NCBI GenBank assembly: GCA_050288705.1
Contig: JBNKEI010000169.1
Location: 1,108-65,107, forward strand
Source of the DNA: Myxococcales bacterium
GTDB lineage: Bacteria; Myxococcota; Myxococcia; Myxococcales; UBA5297
Direction of reading: 5' to 3'
DNA: 64,000 nt
The translations under genes and the position numbers were made by a program. Positions 49,163 through 59,517 of this stretch are shown here, one piece after another. The notes beneath the pieces were generated by a model, which worked only from the letters and a program-made list of their open reading frames with translations, did not search any database and was not told the origin of the DNA. Each line of letters opens with the position of its first letter. Positions within the stretch are counted from its first letter, which is position 1.

Positions 49163-49313
49163 GGCCTGGTGGGTTGCTCGGGGTGACCGGTAGGAGAAAC
49201 TGCGGTGTCAGCAGAAGTTACACCCTTTTGGGCACTACTAGTCCACCCCAATCGTTTGCGGGGCAATCGAGTTCTAATTGCCCTTCAATCGTTTTGCTGT
49301 ATAGTTTCAGCAA

Positions 49314-49428
49314 TGGACATCCTCACCGCCCTGAAGGACGGTGTCTCATTGTTCGGAAATCGGAGCCTTTGGCTCCTCGCTCTATCCTTCCCCGCCCTAA
49401 GGACGTGGTTTGCCAAGCATCTGGATCA
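49314..49428. mobile_element. Non-autonomous IS200/IS605-type element (paired subterminal hairpins)
   Basis: GACATCCTCACCGCCCTGAAGGACGGTG and CTATCCTTCCCCGCCCTAAGGACGTGG...GGATCA resemble the two end hairpins of IS605-family elements, with no coding sequence between them. Confidence 0.6.
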
Positions 49429-49430
49429 TT

Positions 49431-51326
49431 CTATTTACTTAGCCTAATCCGGGTAGTGGCAACCTCTCCTGGACGAATCTCTACTTGAATAGCTTTTTCT
49501 ATCCCTGCGGATTTGTTCACCAGTTTTAACCAATATTTTCCGGCCGGAAACAGTAGATGATTGAGAGGAGTAGTGCCAATACGCTCCCCCCTAAGGTAAA
49601 CGTCACACCATGGTTCAGTTCGCAAGTTAAGCCATCCGTCTCCGCTGACCTCCCTAGGCGCAGGCGATAGTTGGGTGGCGGAAAGCGATGACGATTGGGA
49701 ACTCTCAAGTCGCTTTGGCTCAGCCGCAGTCGTTGGAACTACCGGTTCCTTAGCCACATCTAACCGAGTCAAAGAAGTTGTCTGCACAGCAGCCAACGAA
49801 TCATTAACCTTAACCTTAACCTTAGCCTTAACCTTTGCTGGCTTTGTCCTCGCAGAAGCCACTCGGTGTTTTTCCTTCGCCGGCTTTGGTGACGATTTCA
49901 CTGTAGATTTTGTCTCGTTCTCCGGAGCAACTATTGGAATTTTTACAGAACTGGAAGGTTGAGACTGAGAAGCACTGACGCTCGATTGAGAAGCAGAAAC
50001 AGGGTCCTCTTTTGGCGAATCCATAGTGGTCACCGGTTTTGCTTCTGGAGTTGTTATAGGAGTAGCTACTGGAGCAGTTGTAGGAGTAGTTACTGGAGCA
50101 GGCGGAGAACTACGTTGCAGCACAATAAGACCACCTGCAATCACCACCGCAAGTAGCGATACGAAGAGAATACCCAGTCCAAGTTTTCTCCGAGCACCTC
50201 CCAGAGCAGCCTGATCTGAGGTTTGAGCACCTGGTTTTGAAAGAATCGTGGTAGGATTCGTTCCCTCAGCAGCGAAAACCATGGTGGAAGGCGCTTCTTC
50301 TTCACATTCCCAATCGTCCCAGTTCCAAGAAGAACTATCAAGTTCCCGGTTGCGAACGCTATTGACACTCCATTGCGATACCTGAGCTACAATTTCGGAT
50401 AGCTCCGATCTCTTCACTCGCAAGCCGCGCGACTTCAGGTAATCGTCTATATCGGCGTGCACAGCGAGCATATCGGGGTAACGGTCCTTAGGATCACGAG
50501 CGATGGTTCGGGAGATTATGTTGGAAAGCTGGGGGTCAATTTCCGGCTGCGCCAAATGCGGTGGCTCGGGATCGGTATTCATGATGGAATACACGAGCTC
50601 AAGATCGTTTGAGGCAACGTGTGGACGACGCCCTACCAACACTTCATATAGCGTGACCCCGAGCGAGTAAATGTCAACACGCTGATCAACTGGTTGACCA
50701 AGTATCTGTTCTGGTGCTATGTAAGCAAACTTACCTTTAACTACTCCGGCAGTAGTAAGATCCCGCTGCAAAGTACTGGCCCTGGCAACACCGAAATCGA
50801 CCACCTTGGCAATTCCGGAATTAGAAACCAGGATGTTGTCCGGAGAAATGTCGCGATGAACAATGTTGTAGCAATCCCCATTTTCCGCCTTCAGCTTGTG
50901 CGCGTAAGCCAGCGCTTCACATACGCCCTGAACCCATACGAGAATTGGCGCAACAGGAATGCGACGCTGCTGCGCAGCGTAGTACAGCATAATTGTGCGA
51001 AGGTTCTCCCCTTCGACATATTCCATCGCTATATAGTAGGTACTTGAATGCCTCCCGAAATCGAAAACCTGGACGATATTAGGGTGATCAAGCAAGGCCG
51101 CCAACTTGGCCTCGTTCATGAACATCGAAATGAATTCGCCATTTTGGGCAAGATTAGGAAGAATCCGCTTGATAACCACACGCTTACTAAAACCGGCAGG
51201 CCCTAAAGCTCGACCAATGAATACTTCAGCCATACCACCGCGAGCAAGAAGGCGCTCGATCGAGTATCGGCCGATCTGGCGCTTTAGTTCTTCGTACGTT
51301 GCCGAAGCTTGTTTCTGCGCTTTCAT
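49431..51326 (-). CDS. Hanks-type Ser/Thr protein kinase, single TM segment, Pro/Thr/Ser linker, C-terminal PEGA-like domain
   Basis: LARGGMAEVF, VIKRI, HRDISPDNIL, DFGVAR, YIAPEQ; TM segment; GWLNLRTEPWCDVYLRGERIGTTPL. Confidence 0.9.
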   Translation of the reverse strand: MKAQKQASATYEELKRQIGRYSIERLLARGGMAEVFIGRALGPAGFSKRVVIKRILPNLAQNGEFISMFMNEAKLAALLDHPNIVQVFDFGRHSSTYYIAMEYVEGENLRTIMLYYAAQQRRIPVAPILVWVQGVCEALAYAHKLKAENGDCYNIVHRDISPDNILVSNSGIAKVVDFGVARASTLQRDLTTAGVVKGKFAYIAPEQILGQPVDQRVDIYSLGVTLYEVLVGRRPHVASNDLELVYSIMNTDPEPPHLAQPEIDPQLSNIISRTIARDPKDRYPDMLAVHADIDDYLKSRGLRVKRSELSEIVAQVSQWSVNSVRNRELDSSSWNWDDWECEEEAPSTMVFAAEGTNPTTILSKPGAQTSDQAALGGARRKLGLGILFVSLLAVVIAGGLIVLQRSSPPAPVTTPTTAPVATPITTPEAKPVTTMDSPKEDPVSASQSSVSASQSQPSSSVKIPIVAPENETKSTVKSSPKPAKEKHRVASARTKPAKVKAKVKVKVNDSLAAVQTTSLTRLDVAKEPVVPTTAAEPKRLESSQSSSLSATQLSPAPREVSGDGWLNLRTEPWCDVYLRGERIGTTPLNHLLFPAGKYWLKLVNKSAGIEKAIQVEIRPGEVATTRIRLSK

Positions 51327-51504
51327 CGGCTGCGCCTCTAAGCTAGGAATTACCAGTTTATTCCTAAGTTTGTCATCTAGAGAATACTAGCGTCAAGCGG
51401 GGTTCCCCTTACCCCCCAACCCAGAATTCGCGAGAAGAGATGCCCCTTGCGTAACAGAAAAACGGGTAGCACACCACCAAACATGCCTCGCGAAGAAAGA
51501 ATAC

Positions 51505-53520
51505 TCAGGGCGAAAAATCCGTCACATCGCTAATAACCCAGTCAGCCTCTTTCCAAAAGATATCGTCTGTCATGCCCAAGGTAGCTGCATCCATGGCCAC
51601 TATATGAAAGCAAAGGTGAGTAATATAGGATTGACCACTTGCATCCCCCATCCATTGAAAGTACACCTTACCTGGTGCTTCGGACCGTGACACCATTCTA
51701 AAGGTAGAATCCTTTTTAAACGCTTCAACTTCCGTTTCCGGCAGCGGATCGGCATGCGCTACGCGCGATGTTGGTTTGGGAGTGGAATAATCACACCAGG
51801 CAAAGTATTGGCCTTGTGCATCATAGCCGCCTTCACGAATGTGCATGTAGCGTTCGGTATCAACCCACTTGTCGCCAATATACTGCTGATTCCTAAAGCT
51901 CACCAGCGATGAGTCTGCTGGATCTGCCAAGCCAGGTAATAGAACCCATCGATAGTTTTTTGGGAAATCATTTTTCTGGATTTCGCTACTATTTGCCATT
52001 ACCAAATCATGAGTCTCCACATTATTTGGCGATGAACCATTTGTATCCGTGAGCACCATTAGCGTATCGCCATTAAAAATTCGACTCAACACTTTCACAG
52101 CAACCTGTTCTGGCGTCTTTCCGGTAATCTCTGTCTCGTCCGATGATGTATTCGATGAACCGAGCACCTGAATAGAAAACTTGTATTCAGTATCGACTTT
52201 TAAACCAGAAAAAACTGTATTTTGCTTTCCCAGGGGAACAGTTCGGGGCGATCCCAATACACTTCCTGCTTCTAGCATGGTTACTTGGATACTGGTCGCT
52301 CCTACATCTCGTGGATCAGTCCAAGCAAGAACGATTTGACCGGTAGCTGGATATGTTACTTCGGGCAAAGTTACCGGGTCTGGCCGGACAGTCACTTCGC
52401 AGGTATCGGTGTGTTCGCCATCCAGAGTCTTCACTGTAATTTCTACCACACCCGATGCCACCGGAGTAACAATGCCATCTTCTACAGTAGCGATCGCCGA
52501 GTTGGCGGTAATCCATTCCACCGCTTGGTAATCCGCATTCAAAGGGTATACGGTGGCGGTTAATTGCTGTGTTGAACCTCCTACGGCAAGGTTAATATCG
52601 TGCTTTAGTGTTACCCCGGTCACTCTAATCTTCAGTTGTTTAACCGTAACCAGGCAAGACGCAGTAAAGGCTCCATCTTTGGTTTTCACTTCAATGTTGG
52701 CTTGGCCTTTTGCCACGCCGGTGACCAGCCCGTTCCCATCGACGGTTGCAACTTCAAGATTATCCGATGTCCACGAAACCGCCTTATCAGCCGCACTTTC
52801 AGGCCAAACTGTCGCCACCAAAACCTGTCCATCAAGGTCTACGGCCAAAACAAGCTCTTCCTTGTCCAGCGCAACCCCGGTGACAGCAATGGGAGCCGGG
52901 GCAACCACCACTGAACACTTGGCTATTTTTGATCCATCAGCATTCTTCACCACTATTTCGGCACTACCTGCTGCCAGCGGCGTTACATCTCCCGTTTCAC
53001 TTACCGTGGCAACGTTGGCGTTACTAGATTGCCAGAGTAACTTCTTGCTAGTTGCGTCTGATGGCGTAATTGTCGCGGTTAACCTGACTGCCGCGCTGCC
53101 TGCAACTAGATTAAGCGTACTCTTATCAAGCAACACGCGCTCAACTGCGACAAAAGAGGGAACAATAGTAACAGCGCAAGTCGCGGTCCATGCGCCATCT
53201 GCAGTAGTCACGGTTATAGTAGCAATTCCGGGCTCAACTGGAGACACCACGCCAGTATCACTAACCAATGCGACCGCGGAATCACTCGAACGCCAAGACA
53301 CAGCGGTGTTGGTTGCATTAGAAGGCGATACTGTCGCCACCAACGCGAAAGCCGGGTCCCCTACCTTTAGGCTAAGAATCGAGGGTTCTAGCGTCACTCC
53401 GGTAACGGCTATCGTCTCATTACCGGGACTCCCACATGCGAAACTCCCCGCGACTACCAGGCAAGCAGCAAGAATAATAAAGAAACTTCTTGGCGTACTA
53501 ACAATCACTCTCGCTTTCAC
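51505..53520 (-). CDS. Lipoprotein with four bacterial Ig-like (Big_2) repeats, FN3 and AbfB-like C-terminal domain
   Basis: SFAC lipobox; four repeats of V.GVTL...L.ATV.P..A....V.W.S....VA.V...G.VT; WVLLPGLADPADSSLVSF resembles the C-terminus of the 45730 gene. Confidence 0.85.
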   Translation of the reverse strand: MKARVIVSTPRSFFIILAACLVVAGSFACGSPGNETIAVTGVTLEPSILSLKVGDPAFALVATVSPSNATNTAVSWRSSDSAVALVSDTGVVSPVEPGIATITVTTADGAWTATCAVTIVPSFVAVERVLLDKSTLNLVAGSAAVRLTATITPSDATSKKLLWQSSNANVATVSETGDVTPLAAGSAEIVVKNADGSKIAKCSVVVAPAPIAVTGVALDKEELVLAVDLDGQVLVATVWPESAADKAVSWTSDNLEVATVDGNGLVTGVAKGQANIEVKTKDGAFTASCLVTVKQLKIRVTGVTLKHDINLAVGGSTQQLTATVYPLNADYQAVEWITANSAIATVEDGIVTPVASGVVEITVKTLDGEHTDTCEVTVRPDPVTLPEVTYPATGQIVLAWTDPRDVGATSIQVTMLEAGSVLGSPRTVPLGKQNTVFSGLKVDTEYKFSIQVLGSSNTSSDETEITGKTPEQVAVKVLSRIFNGDTLMVLTDTNGSSPNNVETHDLVMANSSEIQKNDFPKNYRWVLLPGLADPADSSLVSFRNQQYIGDKWVDTERYMHIREGGYDAQGQYFAWCDYSTPKPTSRVAHADPLPETEVEAFKKDSTFRMVSRSEAPGKVYFQWMGDASGQSYITHLCFHIVAMDAATLGMTDDIFWKEADWVISDVTDFSP

Positions 53521-53936
53521 GCCTTTTCCCTTCTTTTTCTGCTCCAGTTAGCCCCTTGAATGAATAAGCACAGGAAGCCAACAAATACATTTTCCACATG
53601 GCTAGCTCTGAATACCTCGTATTGTCGCGCGGAGTTTCAGAACACCCTACAAAAAACCTTGATTATTATGGAAACACGAAATTGAAAACTAGGCAACAGG
53701 TAAAGTAAATATGTGGCTATACATGTCTCCAATATATGCTTATCACACATGAATCCGTACTTTTCATGCTAAATGCCGAAATACACTACTTGGCATTACT
53801 ATTCGCTACCTCAATCCCGACTCACAATCCAAACATCGCCTTTAAGTTAAAGCCTAATAAAAAAATGACTGGTCATTTGTAGGATATCTTCTGCTAGACT
53901 GACCGACCAGCCTATCGCCTACCTATAGGAGACCTA

Positions 53937-54959
53937 ATGAAAAGAAATTTTCGAGTAGCCATTCTCGGAGCCACCGGCGCAGTGGGCCTCGAGATGCTTC
54001 GAGTGTTAGAGGAAAGAGATTTTCCAGTCAAGCAGCTTACGTTGCTAGCCAGCCCTCATAGCGAAGGAACAAAACTTGAGTTTCGCGGCAATCAAATATC
54101 GGTTCAGACAGTAACTGCCGAGCACTTTCGAGAAATAGAATTGGCACTTTTTTCTCCGGGCGCACAAATTTCTAAACAGTGGGCTCCAATTGCAACCAAA
54201 GCAGGGGCAATAGTAATTGATAACTCCAGCGCTTTCCGGATGGACTCCTCCATACCTTTGGTAGTGCCAGAAATAAATCCCGACGCTTTGGAGTTAGCCC
54301 GCCATAGCAAACTTGTAGCCAATCCCAATTGCTCGACGATTCAAATGGCCACTGTGCTTAAACCGCTACATGATGCCGCTGGAATTACAAGGATTGTGGT
54401 TTCTACCTATCAATCAGTTTCTGGAAAAGGACAGCAAGGCGTTAAAGAGCTAGAACAACAGACTTCCGACTTAATGAACGCTAGAGAGATTCGAATCAAG
54501 ACCTTTGTCCATCGTATTGCTTTCAATGTAGTGCCCCATATCGATCAATTTACAGATAATGGCTATACTCGCGAAGAACTAAAGTTAGTGGATGAAACCA
54601 AAAAGATTTTGAACGAGCCAAACATGCGCATTAGCGCTACCGCGGTTCGTGTTCCGGTCTTTTTTGGACATTCGGAGGCAATTAACATTTCTACCCAAAA
54701 AAAACTATCAGCGAAGGAAGCACGAGAGATTCTTCGTCACGCGCCCGGAGTCAAAGTACTGGACGATCCCGAGAACAAAATCTATCCCATGCCCATGCTA
54801 GCCGCCGGCGACAGCTATGCGCACGTGGGGAGGATTAGAGAGGATATCAGCCAAGAAAATGGGCTGGAGTTGTTTGTCTGTGCTGACAATTTGAGGAAAG
54901 GCGCGGCGCTTAACGCGATACAAGTCGCCGAGTGTTTGGTTGCTCGGGGAATGGTATAG
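53937..54959 (+). CDS. asd: Aspartate-semialdehyde dehydrogenase
   Basis: GATGAVG, DNSSAFRM, ANPNCSTIQM, STYQSVSG, VRVPVFFGHSE, DNLRKGAALNA. Confidence 0.95.
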   Translation: MKRNFRVAILGATGAVGLEMLRVLEERDFPVKQLTLLASPHSEGTKLEFRGNQISVQTVTAEHFREIELALFSPGAQISKQWAPIATKAGAIVIDNSSAFRMDSSIPLVVPEINPDALELARHSKLVANPNCSTIQMATVLKPLHDAAGITRIVVSTYQSVSGKGQQGVKELEQQTSDLMNAREIRIKTFVHRIAFNVVPHIDQFTDNGYTREELKLVDETKKILNEPNMRISATAVRVPVFFGHSEAINISTQKKLSAKEAREILRHAPGVKVLDDPENKIYPMPMLAAGDSYAHVGRIREDISQENGLELFVCADNLRKGAALNAIQVAECLVARGMV

Positions 54960-55011
54960 CTATTTGCACCTTTCTCCAAAGAAGCTCCTAAAGCACCGAC
55001 ATGGTTACATT

Positions 55012-56292
55012 ATGATTATTTTGAGAAGATTAGCGTTAGCACATACATTGCGCGCCCTACAACCTGTACGTAAAGCAATAAGACTTGGGCGCTCTCGTTT
55101 ATTTTCCAACAGGAAAGCTGCGCCTGCGAAATGCCCGGAAGCACCTCTTAACCTCCTAGTAGAAGTAAAGTCGCTTGACCGCGGAGGTATGGAAGAAATG
55201 GTCTTTCGATTAGTACAAAATCTCAGCAAAGAAAAATTTCGTCCGGTCGTAGCTTGCGTCGAAAAAGGGGGGTTGGTCGCACAAAAACTCGAAAATTCTG
55301 GAATACCAATTCATTTTTTAGGCAGAAGCACTAAGACCTACCGACAAATATTAGAAATGCATAAAATTGATATAGTTAATTCACATTATTCTGTCTTTGG
55401 AGCACCTATTACTAGCACCCTTGGAATTCCTAATATCCACGTGCTTCACAATAGCTTCATATGGATTAGTCATTTACGCTCCGCCCAACTCTCTTGGGCT
55501 TTTCAAAATATTAACCATTTTGTCGCGGTATCATCATCAGTCAAAAATTATTCACAAAAACGATTTTTTATACCCGAGTCCAAGCTAACCGTCATTCCTA
55601 ATGCGCACGATTACCATACGATGAACCCATACAAAGAAGATCTACGCGCTAAAGTTTTAAGCGAGCTAGGTTGGAGCAACAATTCTTTCATTTTTTTACT
55701 AACTGGAAGCTTTGAACCTCGCAAAGGACATCTTGCCCTTCTACATGCTTTTGCAAGAATAGCGCCTACTTATCCAAATGCCAAATTGATCTGCATTGGA
55801 GCTATTTTTTATCCTGACTATTTGAAAGAATGTCGCGCTTTAGTAAAGCGTCTCGACCTTGATGAGCGTGTGCGGCTCCAAGATTTCGACATCGACATTG
55901 ACCGGTTTTACGCTGCAGCCGATGCTTTTGTGCTTCCGTCGATAGTAGAAGGATTCAGCCTGAGCACATTAGAAGCAGCCGCACACGGACTACCTTTAGT
56001 TTTAACGAACACCGGTGGAGCCCAAGAGCTTTTGACGCATTATCCCGCTGGAATTCTAGTAAAAAGCTATATAGACCGTCCTGCCAACGCAAAAAAGAAA
56101 GAGATCCGCGACGCGCATCGGTATGTATCGGCTGAACTAGTCAGAGAACTTGGAAATGCAATGACCGAGATTTGCAAAAACCGAGATCGATGGAAGGAGT
56201 TAGCAAGAAGTTCATTCGAAAAAATCCTCGAGGTATATAGTACAAGAACTATGGTGCAGAAATACGAAACCTTATTTGCCGAGTCAGTCTAA
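55012..56292 (+). CDS. Glycosyltransferase family 4
   Basis: GGMEEMV, RKGH, FVLPSIVEGFSLSTLEAAAHGLP. Confidence 0.9.
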   Translation: MIILRRLALAHTLRALQPVRKAIRLGRSRLFSNRKAAPAKCPEAPLNLLVEVKSLDRGGMEEMVFRLVQNLSKEKFRPVVACVEKGGLVAQKLENSGIPIHFLGRSTKTYRQILEMHKIDIVNSHYSVFGAPITSTLGIPNIHVLHNSFIWISHLRSAQLSWAFQNINHFVAVSSSVKNYSQKRFFIPESKLTVIPNAHDYHTMNPYKEDLRAKVLSELGWSNNSFIFLLTGSFEPRKGHLALLHAFARIAPTYPNAKLICIGAIFYPDYLKECRALVKRLDLDERVRLQDFDIDIDRFYAAADAFVLPSIVEGFSLSTLEAAAHGLPLVLTNTGGAQELLTHYPAGILVKSYIDRPANAKKKEIRDAHRYVSAELVRELGNAMTEICKNRDRWKELARSSFEKILEVYSTRTMVQKYETLFAESV

Positions 56293-56335
56293 AAATGATT
56301 CCGCAAGATAATAGGCAATACCCGGAGGTTCTACA

Positions 56336-57091
56336 ATGAAGGGCGTGATACTTGCAGGTGGAACCGGTTCGAGACTCTTTCCTCTTACCAAGGTTACTAA
56401 CAAACACTTATTGCCGGTTGGTCAGGAACCTATGATCTATCATCCTATTAGAAAGCTTATTGAGACAGGGATCGATGAGATTCTAATCGTTACCGGCGTA
56501 GATCACATGGGAGACGTGGTGACTCTTCTTGGTTCAGGCCGAGAATTTGGTTGTCGTTTTACCTATAAAGTACAAGACGAAGCCGGCGGTATTGCCCAAG
56601 CGCTAGGGTTGGCCAAGAATTTTTCCGCTGGAAGTCCGGTTTGTGTAGTATTAGGTGATAATATTGTTCAGGACTCCATTCGACCATTTGTGGAGCGATT
56701 CATGGCTCAACAAAAGGGGGCGCGCATTGTTCTCAAGGAAGTACACGATCCTCATCGTTATGGGGTGGCCGAAATCACGCATGGAAAAATTACTGGTATT
56801 CAAGAAAAACCCCAAAAGCCTAAGTCGAATCTAGCCGTCACCGGGATCTACTTATATGATTACAAAGTTTATGATCTCATCAGCAATCTTAAACCTTCTG
56901 CTCGTGGAGAATTAGAAATTACTGATGTTAATAATGCCTACCTAACCAATGGAGAACTGGAATATGACCTTCTAGAGGGATGGTGGACCGATGCGGGCAC
57001 TTTTGACTCACTTCAACACGCTAATAGTTTAGTTCTAACCAGCCAATCTTTCGCAAAATCTAAACGCGAACTGAACGCAGTATCTGTCTAG
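56336..57091 (+). CDS. rmlA: Glucose-1-phosphate thymidylyltransferase (short form)
   Basis: MKGVILAGGTGSRLFPLT..NKHLLPV, EKP, SARGELEITD, WTDAGT. Confidence 0.88.
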   Translation: MKGVILAGGTGSRLFPLTKVTNKHLLPVGQEPMIYHPIRKLIETGIDEILIVTGVDHMGDVVTLLGSGREFGCRFTYKVQDEAGGIAQALGLAKNFSAGSPVCVVLGDNIVQDSIRPFVERFMAQQKGARIVLKEVHDPHRYGVAEITHGKITGIQEKPQKPKSNLAVTGIYLYDYKVYDLISNLKPSARGELEITDVNNAYLTNGELEYDLLEGWWTDAGTFDSLQHANSLVLTSQSFAKSKRELNAVSV

Positions 57092-57099
57092 GAGATATC

Positions 57100-57567
57100 A
57101 TGACCAAAGTACGAATTTCCGGTGTGCACATAAAGCCATTAAGAGTAATTCCTGACGAGCGCGGTCGACTCATGGAAATACTGCGTCGCGATGACGAGGT
57201 TTTCACTGAATTTGGTCAAACATATATGACAACCATGTATCCAGGGGTAACCAAGGCATGGCACTATCACAAATTACAAACTGACAATTTTGCATGCGTC
57301 AAAGGTATGATCAAATTAGCCTTGTACGACGAACGCGAGGATTCCCCCACTAAAAATGCGGTAAATGAGTTCTTTTTAGGTGAGCATAACCAGCAACTCG
57401 TGCAAATTCCACCAAACATCTGGCATGGTTTTAAAAATATTGGAGATTCGGAATCCATTATTGTTAACATAACTACTCATCCTTACAACTATCAAGAGCC
57501 CGATGAGTATCGAGTTGACCCTCATGAAAATCATATTCCTTACCAATGGGATCGTCAGGATGGTTGA
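57100..57567 (+). CDS. rmlC: dTDP-4-dehydrorhamnose 3,5-epimerase family
   Basis: DERGRL, KAWHYH, IPPNIWHGF. Confidence 0.88.
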   Translation: MTKVRISGVHIKPLRVIPDERGRLMEILRRDDEVFTEFGQTYMTTMYPGVTKAWHYHKLQTDNFACVKGMIKLALYDEREDSPTKNAVNEFFLGEHNQQLVQIPPNIWHGFKNIGDSESIIVNITTHPYNYQEPDEYRVDPHENHIPYQWDRQDG

Positions 57568-57594
57568 TCTATTTATGGCCATACAGGAGAATAT

Positions 57595-58575
57595 ATGAAT
57601 ATTCTTATTACTGGCGGTTGCGGCTTTATAGGATCTAACCTAATCCGAATGCTGATTAAAGAACGTCCTACCTGGAAAATAGTTAATCTAGACAAACTGA
57701 CCTACGCCGGAAATGTAAAAAATCTTTCAGATGTAGAAAAACATGTACAGTATCGCTTCGTTCGAGGAGATATTGCCAATGGCGAATTGGTTGGAGAAAT
57801 AATTCGGAGCGAGAATATCGACGCGATTATGAATCTGGCTGCAGAAAGTCATGTGGACCGATCTATACTTTCGCCAGCTATTTTTATTGAAACGAACGTA
57901 CGCGGAACGCAGGTCCTTCTCGAAGCAGCAAGAGAATTTGGCGTGAAACGTTTTGTGCATGTTTCCACCGATGAAGTATATGGCTCTTTGGGTCCCTCTG
58001 GTTTTTTCACAGAAAAGACACCTTTGGCTCCATCATCACCTTATTCAGCATCTAAGGCGGGGGCAGACTTGCTCGCATTAGCATACTTTCATACCTTCGG
58101 ACTAGATTTGGTGATTACCAGATGCTCGAATAATTTTGGACCTTTTCAATTTCCGGAGAAACTAATTCCTTTAATGATTTCAAATGCTTTACGTGACCTT
58201 CCATTGCCTGTGTACGGTGATGGGAAAAACATTAGAGATTGGATTTATGTAGAAGACCATTGCAGGGGTTTGCTTGCTGCCCTGGAAAAGGGAATTCCCG
58301 GAAATATTTACAACTTTGGCTCTTCTAATGAAAAACAGAATATTGATTTGGTACATTCCATTCTGGAAATACTTCACAAACCACGTTCATTAATTCAATT
58401 TGTGGACGACAGACTGGGACATGACCGAAGATACGCCATTGATGCCACCAAGTCACGCAAGGAGCTAGGATGGGAGCCGCTGCATAGTTTCCAAGAAGCT
58501 CTGAAAAACACGGTTCTTTGGTACAAAAAAAACAAGGTTTGGTGGGAAAATATTTTGAACAGGGAGAAATGTTGA
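57595..58575 (+). CDS. rmlB: dTDP-glucose 4,6-dehydratase
   Basis: TGGCGFIGSN, DKLTYAGN, AAESHVDRS, STDEVYG, YSASK, GHDRRYA. Confidence 0.95.
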   Translation: MNILITGGCGFIGSNLIRMLIKERPTWKIVNLDKLTYAGNVKNLSDVEKHVQYRFVRGDIANGELVGEIIRSENIDAIMNLAAESHVDRSILSPAIFIETNVRGTQVLLEAAREFGVKRFVHVSTDEVYGSLGPSGFFTEKTPLAPSSPYSASKAGADLLALAYFHTFGLDLVITRCSNNFGPFQFPEKLIPLMISNALRDLPLPVYGDGKNIRDWIYVEDHCRGLLAALEKGIPGNIYNFGSSNEKQNIDLVHSILEILHKPRSLIQFVDDRLGHDRRYAIDATKSRKELGWEPLHSFQEALKNTVLWYKKNKVWWENILNREKC

Positions 58576-58608
58576 TAGTTGATAGTTTAGTCTTGAGGAA
58601 CGCTAATC

Positions 58609-59517
58609 ATGCCTTTAGTAAGCATTATAATTCCTAATTTCAACCATGAAAGGTTTTTGAAACAGCGCTTAGATAGCGTGATTAACCAATCTTTTCAAGA
58701 TTTTGAAATATTGTTTCTGGACGATGCGTCGTCGGACGACAGTTTGAACATTGTTTCTGCATATCGCAGCAATCCTCGTTTCCGGTTTTTCGAGAACAGA
58801 ATCAACAGCGGAAGTCCCTTTACGCAATGGAATAGAGGAATTGAACATGCTAAAGGCAAATATATATGGATAGCCGAATCGGATGATTATGCGGACCCAA
58901 GTCTTTTGGAGACTCTAGTAAATCGTCTTGAAGGCCATGCAAACGTGGGATTGGCATATTGCCAGTCACTCGGCGTCGACCAGTTAGGCAATACTTTGTT
59001 TTCTCATGAAGACATGACTCACCAGCTTGACCCGAAACGATGGGGTAGCGATTTTCAAAACAAAGGAAACGATGAATGCTCCAGGTATTTGTTTTTTCAA
59101 AATACCATTCCAAATGCTAGCGCCGTTCTCTTTAAAAAAACTCTATTCAAACAAGTCGGAGGCGCTGATGAAACCATGCATCTCTGCGGAGATTGGCTAC
59201 TGTGGACAAAAATATTAATGAAGTCCGACGTCGACTTCACTTCTCGCCCTTTAAACTTTCATAGGACTCATTCAGATTGTGTTCGTAGCACTTCCGATAT
59301 TAATCGACAAGCACAAGAGCGATGGCAAGTCAGGAAATATATTTTAGAAAACACTGAAATGAATGCTGATATGAAATTCAGGGCGGCTAAAACTATTACC
59401 CGCGAATGGCTACACACTATCAAACTTCAACAAAAACGTTTTTTTGCCAATCATATTAACTTTGCGAAAGAACTTATTGAATTAATTCATCCAAAACAGC
59501 AAAGGGTTAAAACATGA
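58609..59517 (+). CDS. Glycosyltransferase family 2
   Basis: VSIIIPNFN, DDASSD, WIAESDD. Confidence 0.9.
   Translation: MPLVSIIIPNFNHERFLKQRLDSVINQSFQDFEILFLDDASSDDSLNIVSAYRSNPRFRFFENRINSGSPFTQWNRGIEHAKGKYIWIAESDDYADPSLLETLVNRLEGHANVGLAYCQSLGVDQLGNTLFSHEDMTHQLDPKRWGSDFQNKGNDECSRYLFFQNTIPNASAVLFKKTLFKQVGGADETMHLCGDWLLWTKILMKSDVDFTSRPLNFHRTHSDCVRSTSDINRQAQERWQVRKYILENTEMNADMKFRAAKTITREWLHTIKLQQKRFFANHINFAKELIELIHPKQQRVKT

Noticed and set aside
52553-53551. 332-aa plus-strand ORF
   Set aside because: Antisense shadow of the Val/Thr/Ala-rich Ig-repeat gene.
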